From Podarcis vaucheri (taxonomy: Eukaryota): a stretch of 64,000 nt of DNA. Below, one piece after another: positions 26,168-39,036 of the stretch (positions are counted from its first letter, which is position 1; each line of letters opens with the position of its first letter). The notes beneath the pieces were generated by a model. The model had not been told where the DNA came from. It did not search any database and was given only the letters and a program-made list of their open reading frames with translations. The position numbers and the translations under genes are program-made. The stretch lies in NCBI GenBank assembly GCA_965113315.1, contig OZ220372.1; one strand, 5' to 3'.

Positions 26168-27033
26168 TAAGCAGATCATGTCTTTAAAATTGTTTATCTC
26201 GCTGACATGCCAGGCATTGTAATACTTCATATTCACTACTGCCAATAATGTTTGAGCTTCTGTGGCCTTTTTTGAGCTTCTGTTGCTTTTTCTGATAAAA
26301 AGTGTTTACAAGATTGTCTTCTACACATAGGCAGATTCACTCTGCAAACATAAGATTTTGCTGTGCTTCGGTTTTTGTACTCTATTTAAATTCCATTTTT
26401 AGTCTTTATGGTTCTTTTCAAAAGAGCTTGGAAAGAGGCAGGTGGTGTAAAATAAACAGTAAAAAAACCCTGAGTGACTATGACCTGAGCCTCTCTTAGA
26501 AGAGACATTTTATTGCATTATGCCCTGTGATCCCCCCCCCCCTTTCCACCTCCTCTGTTCTCTAATATATCTACCACCATCCGACACAGGAAATGGGCAT
26601 GATTGTCCCGGAATAGAATTTCAAGTGGCATTCTTAAATGTTTAAAAGATACCTGCTACACCCATTTCTCATAATTTCTATTTTGCCTTGTAGATGCATG
26701 CACCCACCCATCTGTTTCTCTTTTCACCCTTCTGCCAATAATGTTGGCCATATAATTTTCCTCTCCCTGAATCTTTCTTCCAATCTACAACATCTGCCTG
26801 TACGGAAAAAAATAAATGGTACAATTAATCATAACTAAATTAAGTCCAGTTGATTTCAGTGGGCCTACTCTAAGGATGACTAAGTCTGGATCCATCCCAA
26901 TGTGTATTGTGACATTTTGGGTAATTTCTATCTCGGTGACAAAACGTTTGGGCTGTTTGCCCTAAATAATGTATGTTAAAATTACAAATAAACGTTGTAA
27001 GAAGCTGACCTTTTCTTGGTTGTTCCCTTTCAG

Positions 27034-27178
27034 GTTGCTAAAGAGACATGAAAACCATCTATCAGTGCTTGCTATCAGTAATATGGAAGCTTCCTCCACC
27101 CTTGCCAAATGCCTTTATGAACTCAATTTTACAGTTCAGAGTAAAGAACAAGGCAAAGACTTGGACATTCTGCAGTAA
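27034..27178 (+). CDS. ARID2: ARID2 last coding exon ([32 protein letters not shown]...DILQ*)
   Basis: tttcag| acceptor; TAA at 27176-27178; matches the ARID2 C-terminus. Confidence 0.96.
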
Positions 27179-27443
27179 GCAACGTCCCACGTGTACATAG
27201 GGACAGAAATAGTCAAATGCATTTCAAATACTGTTACTGAAGAAAGCACCAAGTCTTAATGGAACAGAGACCATAGACTGCATTATTTTATCTCCTCCCA
27301 AGACGCTGAGAGGAAGCTTTTGCATTCTGATCACTGAATGAATCCCTTTGTTCTCTGATTAGAAAAGAAGGAAAGAAAAACTGCCATGGGATTTTCAGCC
27401 AGCTCTCTGCAGGATGTTTCTCGCGTCGGCTAAGTCCTGATGG

Positions 27444-28404
27444 NNNNNNNNNNNNNNNNNNNNNNNNNNNNNNNNNNNNNNNNNNNNNNNNNNNNNNNNN
27501 NNNNNNNNNNNNNNNNNNNNNNNNNNNNNNNNNNNNNNNNNNNNNNNNNNNNNNNNNNNNNNNNNNNNNNNNNNNNNNNNNNNNNNNNNNNGCTGGTTTG
27601 AATAATAAAAACGTTTCAGCACACCTGTAACCCCCTGGTCTTGGAGGGTGCCACCAGTAATCTAGCTATGNNNNNNNNNNNNNNNNNNNNNNNNNNNNNN
27701 NNNNNNNNNNNNNNNNNNNNNNNNNNNNNNNNNNNNNNNNNNNNNNNNNNNNNNNNNNNNNNNNNNNNNNNNNNNNNNNNNNNNNNNNNNNNNNNNNNNN
27801 NNNNNNNNNNNNNNNNNNNNNNNNNNNNNNNNNNNNNNNNNNNNNNNNNNNNNNNNNNNNNNNNNNNNNNNNNNNNNNNNNNNNNNNNNNNNNNNNNNNN
27901 NNTTGTGATATATTCTAAGCAGTGGATGAATGTTCTTTAAATTTGTGTAAATAATTCTGCAAAGGTACCGATGCTGTAAAGTCAAAAAAACAGTTTTGTG
28001 GAACTGTGATTTTTTTNNNNNNNNNNNNNNNNNNNNNNNNNNNNNNNNNNNNNNNNNNNNNNNNNNNNNNNNNNNNNNNNNNNNNNNNNNNNNNNNNNNN
28101 NNNNNNNNNNNNNNNNNNNNNNNNNNNNNNNNNNNNNNNNNNNNNNNNNATATATCCACTGTAAACGTTTGTCATGGTGCAGGCTNNNNNNNNNNNNNNN
28201 NNNNNNNNNNNNNNNNNNNNNNNNNNNNNNNNNNNNNNNNNNNNNNNNNNNNNNNNNNNNNNNNNNNNNNNNNNNNNNNNNNNNNNNNNNNNNNNNNNNN
28301 NNNNNNNNNNNNNNNNNNNNNNNNNNNNNNNNNNNNNNNNNNNNNNNNNNNNNNNNNNNNNNNNNNNNNNNNNNNNNNNNNNNNNNNNNNNNNNNNNNNN
28401 NNNN
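27444..28404. other. Four N blocks (27444-27591, 27671-27902, 28017-28149, 28186-28404) in the ARID2 3' UTR
   Basis: Directly visible; the only Ns in the window. Confidence 0.99.
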
Positions 28405-28586
28405 TCCCAGCGTGAAGTGTATCCATTTATAACTGCCTATTGCCTGTTCTATTAGCATCCAAAAATGTGGAAGACCTCCTGACCACCATTTCTGCTGTGT
28501 CCGTAGGATGTGCAGTAAAAATATAGACCTAACAGTTTATGTTATAGAATGGCTTTATTTACTTTGGTGACTGTTTATAGTTTTTA

Positions 28587-28592
28587 AATAAA
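28587..28592 (+). terminator. Probable ARID2 polyadenylation signal AATAAA
   Basis: AATAAA after the AU-rich 3' UTR, followed by a T/GT-rich tract; a second AATAAA lies at 28731-28736. Confidence 0.55.
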
Positions 28593-28939
28593 AGACTGAA
28601 CATTTTTTGGCGTCTTATTTGACAGTATACTGAAGGTATTGGGACGACTTTAAAAAATTGTGTGCATTTCCATGAGACTGCCTTGAAGTCAGTCATCGGC
28701 TGCGTTTAAAATCCTGTATTTTGCAGATGCAATAAACTTTAGGCTGCAATCTTATGCAAATTTCGCTGGGAATACATACCATTGAACTCAATGGGGCTTG
28801 CTTATGAGCAAACATGGACAGTTTATTACTCCGTTTGTAAGCAGACTTAAGAATGTTGCACAAACACTCCACACTTTTCAAATGTAGAAACCACGAGGGC
28901 TAGAAATTTGCTGTTTGGGGTGGGAAGGCATATTACAAA

Positions 28940-29223
28940 GGGAACTTGTGTTACAGTGAATCAGGCCATTGGTTCATGAGCTCAAGATGGAGAATGTGTG
29001 ACCCTTCAGAAGATACTGAACTACCACTCTCTGATCATTAGCCCCAGTGCTTGAGGCTGATGGGAAGAGATTGTGTCCAAAAACACGTTCCCCATCCATC
29101 ATTTACAGCGGATGGCAGCAATGTCTCCAGGGTTTCAGAAGGGAGTCGTTCCCAACCCTACCTTAGAAATGCCAGGGATTAAAACTTTTGCATGCAAAGT
29201 ATGCCATCCTACTGCTAAGCTAC
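28940..29223 (-). mobile_element. Degenerate SINE of the same family, interrupted by a MITE (about 28982-29098)
   Basis: Reverse-complement similarity to 51125-51297 on both sides of an ACTAC..CTC..ATC..GCTGATGGGA MITE-like insert. Confidence 0.5.
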
Positions 29224-29269
29224 TGATCTTTATCATAAAGTAAATGTTTTCTGATATTTTAAAAGTATA

Positions 29270-29491
29270 CAGTGGTACCTCGGGTTACATACGCTTCAGG
29301 TTACAGACTCCGCTAACCCAGAAATAGTACCTCAGGTTAAGAACTTTGCTTCAGGATGAGAACAGAAATTGTGTGGCGGCAGCAGAAGGCCCCATTAGCT
29401 AAAGTGGTGCTTCAGGTTAAGAACTGTTTCAGGTTAAGAACAGACCTCCAGAACAAATTAAGTATTAACGAATTAACCCGAGGTACCACTG
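29270..29491. mobile_element. Same MITE family as 16040-16248
   Basis: Perfect TIR CAGTGGTACCTCGGGTTA, TA TSD, near-identical body. Confidence 0.9.
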
Positions 29492-29714
29492 TATTTCAAA
29501 TTTGCAGGTGGGTAATTTATATTTTTCACATATTCTGTCATTATTTCACCACTGTAGAAGCAATAATATAGTTTCCTTATTTCATATATCACTGTTTTTT
29601 AACCCCATGCCGTTCTGCTGATTTTTCCCTTGCAGGGCTTCAGTTTTAATTAAATGCTTTTCATTGTGACATAATCTAGCATTGCGGTCTTAATATGAAA
29701 GATTGGGAATATTG

Positions 29715-29910
29715 CCAATATCAAAATGCCATTATATATGGTGTGTCCACGCTTGGAATACGGTGTACAGTGCTGGTTGTCTTGTCTCAAAAAGGATATT
29801 GTAGAGTTGGAAAATGTACAGAGAAAGGCAACTGAAATTTTCAAGGGGCTGGAGCAACTCCCCTATGAGGAAAGGTTACAGCATATAGGGCTTTTTAGTG
29901 TAGGATAAAG
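29715..29910 (+). mobile_element. CR1 LINE ORF2 C-terminal fragment
   Basis: PRLEYGVQCW..KKDIVELENVQRKAT..GLEQLPYEERL..GLFS. Confidence 0.88.
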
Positions 29911-29994
29911 ACTTAACAATGTATATAGGACAAAAATTTTGGATGATTTTCATTATTTACTCCGATCTTTTTAGAACCATTTCACTATAACACC

Positions 29995-30200
29995 TTTAGG
30001 TGCCTGGCAAAAGCATTCCACTTTAACCAGGCCTTTGGTTGATTGGCATTCAACACCCTTTTAAAATGGGTTGGGGAGGGTGGGAATTATTGGGTTGTTC
30101 CTGTTCTTATTTATACTGTGTGTTTTTATATTTTTATATTGGGAGTTTATCTTGTGAACCGCCCTGAAACGTGCAGGTATAGGGCGGAATAATCATAATT
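29995..30200 (+). mobile_element. L2 3' tail abutting the Squam3-like SINE
   Basis: GGCAAAAGCATT..CAGGCCTTTGG..TGTGAACCGCCCTGA..AGGGCGG, similar to 20770-20960. Confidence 0.65.
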
Positions 30201-30204
30201 TCTT

Positions 30205-30454
30205 CCAGTGTGCTGTAGTGGTTAAGAGCGGTGGACTCGTAATCTGGTGAACTGGGTTCGTGTCTCCGCTCCTCCACATACAGCTGCTGGGTGACCTTGG
30301 GCCAGTCACACTTCTCTGAAGTCTCTCAGCCCCACTCACCTCACAGAGTGTTTGTTGTGAGGGAAGAAGGGAAAGGAGAATGTTAGCCGCTTTGAGACTC
30401 CTTAAAGGGAATGAAAGGCGGGATATCAAATCCAAACTCCTCCTCTTCTTCTTC
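30205..30454 (+). mobile_element. Squam3-like (MIR/CORE-derived) SINE
   Basis: tRNA-like head TGTAGTGGTTAAGAGC...GGGTTCG, core GTGACCTTGGGCCAGTCAC, (CTT)n tail; near-identical inverted copy at 54573. Confidence 0.85.
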
Positions 30455-33400
30455 CCTCAGGTTTATTCTCCCCACCCCACCCCAATATCATTGTGGCTGT
30501 GCTTTGGACAGCTGGAAATGCTTGGTGCCCAAATTTGAAATGAGCTTAACTTCGCACCCACCCTGGATCTAGCCCTTCTGGGTGCTCAGCTGGGGAACTG
30601 TTTTTGCCAACTTCACCTAGTTAGCTGTGCGCTTGCCTGAGAAATCAAAATGAAGCCTCAGTTATTCATGGCCTAATAACTTTCAGACCGGGTTTTGGTT
30701 GAGTGTTCCACCTGGGGCTGCCCATGAAAACCCTCCAGACACTTCAGTTGGTCTAGGAATTGGCCGCTGCGTAAGGCCAGTAGAACAAGACAACGTTCGT
30801 ACTTTATTCAGTTACAAGCATCATATGCTGTCCCATTTATGAGTTCAATTTGGGGCAATTTAAAGTTTTCAAGCCTCAAGGAGCCTTTGAACAGCTACCT
30901 CAGGCATAGTTCACCTCCTGTGCTGAGGTGTCTGAGACCTCGGCTGTGGCGCTCAGAAGATTCTGGAACATTCTCCTCATAAATGTGCCCCTGGACCAAT
31001 TATTCCCTCCTCCCCTCCCAGCAAACAGTAAGACTTTTATTCCAGCATGCTGTTAGTCAAATTAGCGTGTGAACTGTCCACATTTTAATAAATCTGTTTT
31101 ATTCGTAGTTTAGTGGCCTGCCTCGAGTACCGCTTCTTCGGAAAACTTGCCCAAACCTTATTGTGCTATAAAAATAATATGTTGTTTTCCTCTGATGATT
31201 CTTCAGGCGCTCATTACAGGGCTGAAGGAAACATGCAGTGAAAGGCTCCCTGTGTTATTTAGAAACCTAGAAAAGGCATTATAAACTGCCACGAGGAAGC
31301 TCCTTGACTACAAGAGCATCCTCACTACCCAAATTCACTCTCCGCAAGTCTGAGGGCAACAAAACAGCCCTCATCCCCGCTTTCCCCCCTCATGAGGTAA
31401 CAACCATTATTGGTAACACCTAAGAGATCACCTAAGTGTTTCTGACTGCAGGGAGGTTTCTGTGCACATGAAACCAACATATTTGAAGACCTATTTGGAG
31501 ACCTATTTCAGGTCTAAAGAGGGGGCAGTTGTTGTTAAACTTACATTTAACACTAACTTACTGGCTCACCCTCATTGCATTGAGTTAGAGATGTGTTTGT
31601 ATGTCTGCACATATAATTAACACCTTTTAAAAACTATATCAAGTTCTTCCCCCTGCTTTCCTCACAAATTCTATTTTTTTCTAAATCACCACAATTTATT
31701 CTGTCTCTTCTAAATCGCTAAGTACTGCAGCTCGGCAACTGTATTCCCCCCCCCTTCACAGATTCTCTATTTTTGCACTTACTTTTGTATCTTTCAACTG
31801 TAGTTCCTTACCGTTTCTTTCCCAACTTTCAAGAACTGCTGCTACCCGAGCTTCAACACTATTATCCGGAGTTTTCTAACGGCCAGTACCTTATTTCCTT
31901 CCCACTCTTCTTTCCCGATATGTGTGATGTTTTGATCTGTGTTCCTCCTCTAATTTTGCTCTCCCTTATTTATATGGCTTTTTAAAGGGGCTTTTCTGCT
32001 GCTACGTCAGTCCCTCTCAGCAACTGGAGTGCTTCCTTGTGTGTTCATTGCAGGATCGCGGCTCCTCATGCATGCAGCTTCCACACGATGTTGTTGTTCA
32101 TCAAAACTCCATGCTGCACTTGCTTCTTATTTAGGGCGCTTCCAGACCCTCAACTGTTTCCAGGTAAGATTCAGTCACATACTGGCAAATGCAGGTTGTG
32201 CAGCTACAGTTGGGCGAGAGGTCTTGTGCGACAAACCTCACCTCCTCCCCCCCCCCGCCATAAAAATTGTACTTTCTTGTTTGCTGTGAGACGTAAGTGG
32301 AAGATGCATGGGAAATCCTAGGAGTTGAGGAGGGAAACTATTGTGGACTCTGCATGAGGCTGAGTTAAGCAGCTTTCCCTGTAGCCTCAACTCAAAGTTG
32401 GTATATACCCTTGCCTCTCTGCAGTACAGCACTTTAGAGTCCTAAAACACTGTCTTTTCTGATGCAGGCAGTTCAATTCCTGTGTGTCAGTATTGCTCAG
32501 CTAACCTTCAGGTAGGCCAAAGTTGTGATGTGTTGCCACAATGTAAGGCACACTGTTCTTTTAGCAGAGCATCCAATAACCCGCCACCCACCCAGTAATC
32601 TCTCTTATTGGTGAGCACCCTTTTAATTCTATTTCCTAAAGGAGTGGCCCCTGAGCTTTCCCCCTCATGAACCACTTGAAAATTGCCGGGCCGGGGGGGG
32701 GGGGGGACTTAATGATTGCTCTGGCTGCCAAAGCCACTGTAATTCCATAGAATTCAAATTGGAATACAAGAAAATACAAATTCAGTGTGATAAGGTGTGT
32801 CATCTCCTGTATTCAACCATGAATTCAGTCAGTTTTCAAACCTCTGTTCTAAATAATATGTAATTTTCCTTTTATATCTGTTGAAGTGAATTTAAAAGTG
32901 TTACTTGGACATGGCATTATTGTTTTCAAATACAGAGAACAGTGTATTGTACACAAACTTATATCGCAAAGAGCAGTTCGTAACAGCCCAATCAATGCTT
33001 AAAATACGTTCCATTTCCTCCAAGTTCCCACTTGTATTTTACTCTTACTGAATAATACATTTTAGATACTTGTCTTACTTTGCAAAGATTGTATATGGCA
33101 GGTGGAACTTTATAGAGTATTATTTCTGTCTGAAGTCACACCTCAGCAACTAAATTCCTGAATCTTCAGAAGCGTGCTTAATAAATTATATTTTACTTCA
33201 AAGTGTAATGTAAACTGTTATGCTATAACCCAGTGAAGAAAGTAGTGAAGAGAAGGCAAAAGTATATCTAAAGCCTTTTATTGCTTCACATACTTAATTA
33301 TTCTTAGGATATTTCAAAAGATTAGACAATTTCCACACCATTTTTTTAAGCTCGTTCAACGTGTTTGTGTGTGTGTATATGCTTAGCAGCTGAAAGCCAG

Positions 33401-33619
33401 CATTATATAAGTGAGGCTATACAACATACAAGTTGTAGAAGCTGAAATAACTTTTCCACAGAAGGCAGCATAAAGACCTGTGCGAACGTATGTTAGGTAG
33501 CAGTTTGAATTGGGAAACAACAATAGCAATAAAAAAATTCTCTCCATACACCTATTAATTGCTGTTCAGGTTTAAGCACTTTCAGCTAGAGACAGCCAAC
33601 AGACTGAGACTTTTTAGCA

Positions 33620-34272
33620 GCTATGTTACAAAAAGGATCACCCAGCCTGATCACCATGTACTCTGGACTTGAAGAGGACTGATTAGAAAAAAGCTTAAGG
33701 ATCCACTGGGTGAGAATCCATGGAGATCCCATGATCAGAAACACTCAAAAGAGAAAGGAGTCGAAGATGGATGGGAGTTTAATCTTAAAGGTGAAATATT
33801 GAAGCCACAAATGCAGACAATTCCAACAAGAAAGAAAAGTCGGAGGCATCTAAAGAAACCAGTGTAGCTGCATAAAAAGCTTACCGATGAGCTGAGATTT
33901 AAGGGCATGTGCAATAAATGGAAGGGAAAATTACAAAGGAACAGTATACAATTGCTCAACACCTACTTTGCCTCTGTCTTCACCCAAAAGAAAAGTGATG
34001 CCCAACCTGGTCATAACAGAATAAATGATCTAAGGAGGCAGCTCCAGCCCAAGATAGGAAAAGAGGTAGTAAGGGAACACCTAGCTACTTTAAATGAACT
34101 CAAATCTCCAGGGCATGAGGAGCTGCCCCTAAGTTTGCAGGTGTAGTATCAGAGCCTCTGTCTATATTTGACCATGCAGACTGGAGGCAGTCAAACATTG
34201 TCTGCATATTCGAAAAGCAGGGAAAAGATGACTACCAAATGGTCAACTTGACATTGATACCAGGAAAGTGTT
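33620..34272 (+). mobile_element. CR1 LINE ORF2 linker-region fragment
   Basis: LLNTYFASVFT..VREHLATLNELKSPG..W..IF.K..IPGK motifs with frameshifts. Confidence 0.8.
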
Positions 34273-35301
34273 GGGAAATACCAACACAGGTTAAAAAGAG
34301 CCAGACTCCTTCCACTTAGTCAAAAGAATTTATTAGAAAATATTCTGAACTACATAAAACTCTTTAGAATATTGTTTCAGTAGACTTTTATTCCAGCCTT
34401 ATGCTACAGACATCACACAGCCTGGACTTAAATCAGCCACTGTGCTCCCGATTTATTTTTTTATTTTTGTAAAAAAGAAAAAGACATATTTAAGCCACAT
34501 GCACACGGAAAGACTGGATGGAGTGCTCAGTGCACCTGCCGCTCCCCCTTAATACAATTTTATGATGTTCTAATCTTACCAATTTTCTCACAGTAATTTC
34601 AGTCCACTGAGTTTCCTTCTGCATTATTGAAACTCTTGAAAAATGACAACACCAAGAGATTAACAAGATATCAGTCAGCAGCTACAGGCCTACAGAACTC
34701 TCTCTTGAAGGCTGACCCTATGCATCTCCACTCAAGCTCTTTCTGAATTAGTTCAATAGGCCTTACTCCCCTGTAAGTGTGTGTAGGATTGCAGCCTTAA
34801 TGTAACAAAGAAATGCCCGTGTATCTAAGAGCACGTTTTCTCAAGTGTCTTCAGATGAAAGCAAGCCCAGCTGATTTGTCCAGAGCAAGAGAATCAGCAG
34901 GCCCATTCCAGTTTTGCATGCGCTTCACACCAGTGGGTAAGTAGCACTTCATTTCAGCATCGGCACACCAGTCACTGGTGGGTGGGTGAGGCCATATGCA
35001 GTCAGTTTGCCTGCAGTCAACCAAGTGACTGGCATCATAAATGCTTAGAGCACTAACACAACAATCAGAGCTATGGTTCCAGTTGCTCATCCAGTCACGA
35101 GATACACTCTGAAGCCACACAACACCCATCTGCACATACAGTGCCTAATCCAACTGATGAGTACTTTCTTAGAATCACATAGATGTTGGATTGGGTCATC
35201 TAGTCCAATCCCATTCTGATCTTGTGGGATCAGAATACCTATATAGGTGATGCTTGGCATTTTTGAACACATAATTTAAAGGCCTGCATATCTTGAGATA
35301 A

Positions 35302-35651
35302 GGGACGCGGGTGGCGCTGTGGGTAAAACCTCAGCGCCTAGGACTTGCCGATCGCATGGTCGGCGGTTCGAATCCCCGCGGCGGGGTGCGCTCCCGTCGT
35401 TCGGTCCTAGCCAACCTAGCAGTTCGAAAGCACCCCCAGGTGCAAGTAGATAAATAGGGACTGCTTACCAGCGGGAAGGTAAACGGCGTTCCATGTGCTG
35501 CGCTGGCTCGCCAGATGCAGCTTGTCACGCTGGCCACGTGACCCAGAAGTGTCTGCGGACAGCGCTGGCTCCCGGCCTATAGAGTGAGATGAGCGCACAA
35601 CCCTAGAGTCTGTCAAGACTGGCCCGTACGGGCAGGGGTACCTTTACCTTT
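35302..35651 (+). mobile_element. Full-length Sauria SINE of a different subfamily, with 12-bp TSD
   Basis: GGGACGCGGGTGGCGCTGTGG head, GGTTCGAATCC, tail ACCTTTACCTTT; ATATCTTGAGAT at 35288-35299 and 35652-35663. Confidence 0.92.
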
Positions 35652-35688
35652 ATATCTTGAGATGCCGTTTTTAAATATTGGTGTAAAC

Positions 35689-35823
35689 CAAGGCAGGAGA
35701 ACTTGTGACTCTCCAGATATTGGACGACAACTCCCGTTCGGCCCAGGCAGCATGGCCAATGCTAAGGGGCAATGGGACTTGTAGTCCAACAATCTGTGAA
35801 GGGCCACAGGTTCATCAGCCCTG
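35689..35823. mobile_element. Short palindromic hAT-type MITE
   Basis: ACAACTCCC...GGGACTTGTAGTCC internal palindrome, CA..G/CCCTG ends; same family at 42144-42260. Confidence 0.6.
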
Positions 35824-37529
35824 ACGTAGATGGAGGCTGAACACTAGTCAATATTCTTCATTGGGACTGGAAATAACAGTAAATACAGGGTTCGCCGTAA
35901 CTCTGCCTCTGTTGTGCTACCAGGAGTATTAGAACAGAAATAGTAAACAAATTCCCTAAGTATGTGGAAGGTGTATCAAACCTTCATGCCATGAAGTTAC
36001 TCTTAAGAAAAACAGTTCCTGAGAGAACGATATGGCTCAGTGCAGGTAACATCGTGCAGTCTCTCTACCATTGTTAAAGCTGGCAATGCCTCAGGCTCTG
36101 ACTTTCCCTCCTTCCTAACCCTCCTCCTTCTTCCCAGCAACTAACTCTGGCTATTGTTATCTCTACACCAAGTTAGCTAGCCATGGTTAGGAGGAGGTTT
36201 CAAATCTCTGGTTGGAAGCAAATCACATTTAGCAATGTATTTGGTGCATACCAAATGGAACCTCATTAGCTCTGCAAAATGGGAAGCCTTCAAGTCTGAA
36301 GGGGGAAAGAGGTGGAGAGAAGTGAAAGTTGAGCTCAACCAATATCAGGCAACGTTACATTTGCACCAGGCCGGTATACAGCAGAGAGATATGCACTCCC
36401 ACCCCATCTTCAATAATTGAGAGAATGTAGTAAGCATAAATACATACGGTGTGATTACATAAATGGTAGGGTACAATTTGCTACAGGAGATGATTTTTTC
36501 TCCTCCAAAAAGTGCTAGCCAGTCTGGGCTGAAAGATCACTGGAATATCTACTAGTCTAACACAAACTCTACAGCATAGTGTTTGACTGTTTTTTTTTTA
36601 AAAAGGAAGGGGAAATATTCACACTAAAAAGATTCCACAAGATAAATATTATCTTTAGTTACACACAAAATACAGGCAAACAAGTCCTTGTCTGAAAAAT
36701 AAAGTGAACTAGCTCTTTACACAGCTGTGCTCCATATTTCTTTCACACTCAGCCCTGGGTTTTCCTTAGTTTGCCACCAGTGGGAAGGCTCTCAGGAACA
36801 CATGGCTAAATGGTTTGAATCATCAGCTGTGTGCCACATGTACACACCACAGCCGCTAGCATGAAACCCTGGGAGGATTAACTACACTATAATAGCACTT
36901 TGCTTCAAAGCATTCTTAAACCAAGGCCCCTTTAGTTTCCTTAACTCTTCATTTCTGCTGAAGGAGCCAGTGGTAACTTCTCTACACTTTGGAAAAATCA
37001 ATGCCAAGCCCAACCAAGCCATTTCAGGTAGAAGTGCATTATGCTTACTAATGCCCTATCTAGCAATTGCACTACCTTCACCACCATGCATTGTGTAACA
37101 CTTTAAAGATCAACTCAAATAAAAGACTAGGCCTCATGCAGTATACTAGTGGGAGGTCAGAATGGAAAGAGCATGGCAAACTATTATGCAGCCTTCGTCA
37201 TGACACAATTTTTGTTATATTTGGCTTTTACTTCTCATGCCTACTACAAGCAGCTGCTTACAGTAGACCAAAACTGACAGTGGTATGCCACAGGTAGTGT
37301 TGGCTAAGGCTATTGGTTACATAATCCACCTCTAATAACAAGCAGAACGTTTTTCCTCAAGGTGATGGGAGATAAAAAGACAAAATGAATTTAGGCAGTT
37401 AGGGCCCATATACAAAAATCAAGCACAGAATATCTTTTAAACTCACAGGAGGACTCAAAGGTCATTTCCCAAAACTAGTTTGAGGATGAAGCAGTGGTTT
37501 TGGTTGCCTGCACCATGCCTTTTAGAACT

Positions 37530-37743
37530 TTTATTTCATCTAACAACTCAAAACAAGAACTAAAAAGCCACAAAACAACAAGCAGCATAGCCTTTATTTG
37601 GTGTTACAATAGGAAAATGATGCCCAAATTTCTGGGCAACAAATTTTACTTCTGTAGATTTTTTTGTGAGTTGTTCCATTCACAAAGAGTGTGCTTTTTA
37701 AACACACATTTTGAGCCTGTAAATCAAGGCAAAACACTTTATT
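37530..37743 (-). terminator. Candidate proximal SCAF11 poly(A) signals
   Basis: Minus-strand AATAAA at 37738-37743, 37593-37598 and 37530-37535 in the AU-rich 3' UTR; which one is used is unknown. Confidence 0.4.
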
Positions 37744-38163
37744 TAATTGGAATTGAAAGGGGGGGCACTGGCAGGAGGATTAAAGAAAAATCTGCCTTGA
37801 TTTTTTCCCCTGACTGATTTACATATATTGTACATATCTGTCCAAGTCACTGTATTTTGACAAACATCTGTGTTTATACACTACTGTTTGAACCAAAATG
37901 CTGTACATGTGGCATTCAACACAATTGTATATTACTAATAAGAGGGGCACTCTCCTTTATTCCTTTTAGTTTCTCTTTACATATCCTTTCCAAAAAGGAT
38001 AAAGAAGTTGCAGCATTGATCTATATTTATTTATAACAAAACATTATACACTATATCGAAAAATAATTTTATCAAAATCATATTTCAACCCACTATTTTT
38101 AGTTAATAGTCCATGTCAAAATTGCACTTTGCAGACATCTCGATGGCATATTCCAGCCTGCGC

Positions 38164-38292
38164 TCATTTCCTTTCCGCAAAAGCTGCCTCGTCTGGATTT
38201 TTCTTCCGCGAATGTTTGTATTTGTCCACATAAGCTTTTACCAAATTAGCCACTTTTGCAGAATTAACTTCCCCACTCTTGCTATGACAGAC
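38164..38292 (-). CDS. SCAF11: SCAF11 last coding exon ([42 protein letters not shown])
   Basis: atgtag| acceptor; TGA at 38166-38164. Confidence 0.95.
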   Translation of the reverse strand, partial: VCHSKSGEVNSAKVANLVKAYVDKYKHSRKKNPDEAAFAERK

Positions 38293-38847
38293 CTACATGA
38301 AAATAGAACACACAACCATTAAGTTAACCGGCACCAACCATACCACTTAATATCACACCAAAAGCAAATAATTACTGGGACATACAATCTCAATAAACTA
38401 CCCTTGTAAGGCGTATCTGGTGGGGAGTAAGCTTCATCATGCCTTTCTAGTTTCCCAGAGGAGAAGGAAAATATCCCCAACTCCACCCTGACTGCTAATG
38501 GCCATCAGTTAAGCAAGAACATTTTTTTATGTTCTAAAAGCACGCTGGCAATAAAGGTTTCAGTTGGGGCGGGGGGGGGGCACTACAAGCTGAATAAAAT
38601 ATTGAGTCCGCACTCTCTCCATAGCCTATTATCATGTTCACTAAGAATTGTTCAAGATTGCACAACAAGACTAGCTTAAATTATAACTACTTATTTCATC
38701 TCCGTTAACAAACCCCTGTGTGAACTATTCTCCAGAGCAATAAGCCTGTCACTTGGCCTCACCTTTGCCTCCTCTGTTCAACAGGTTTCAAGGTTAGAAG
38801 AATGCAGACTGCTAAATGCTGCCTGGTATTAATAGTGTATCACTTAC

Positions 38848-38967
38848 TTTATCTACAGCTTTTCTCACAATTTCTTTATATTCTTCTTTAGTAATATCTT
38901 TATTTTGATAGAAAGGCTTAATAGCCAGCTTCACTTCTTGCGCAGCTCTTTCTTGAATTTGCAGTTT
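38848..38967 (-). CDS. SCAF11: SCAF11 exon 14, SRI-like Pol II CTD-binding domain ([40 protein letters not shown])
   Basis: ttctag| ... AAA|gtaagt; highly conserved peptide. Confidence 0.96.
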
Positions 38968-39036
38968 CTAGAAAAATTAGGATAAAGAGTGTTACACTTA
39001 GGAAAAAGGCACACAACCAGCATTTTTTAAATAACC

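Noticed and set aside
27395-28458. ORFs full of X in the ORF track
   Set aside because: Artefacts of translating through N blocks in the ARID2 3' UTR
32686-32706. G-runs (also near 11363 and 38565) as G-quadruplexes
   Set aside because: Simple homopolymer tracts with no supporting context
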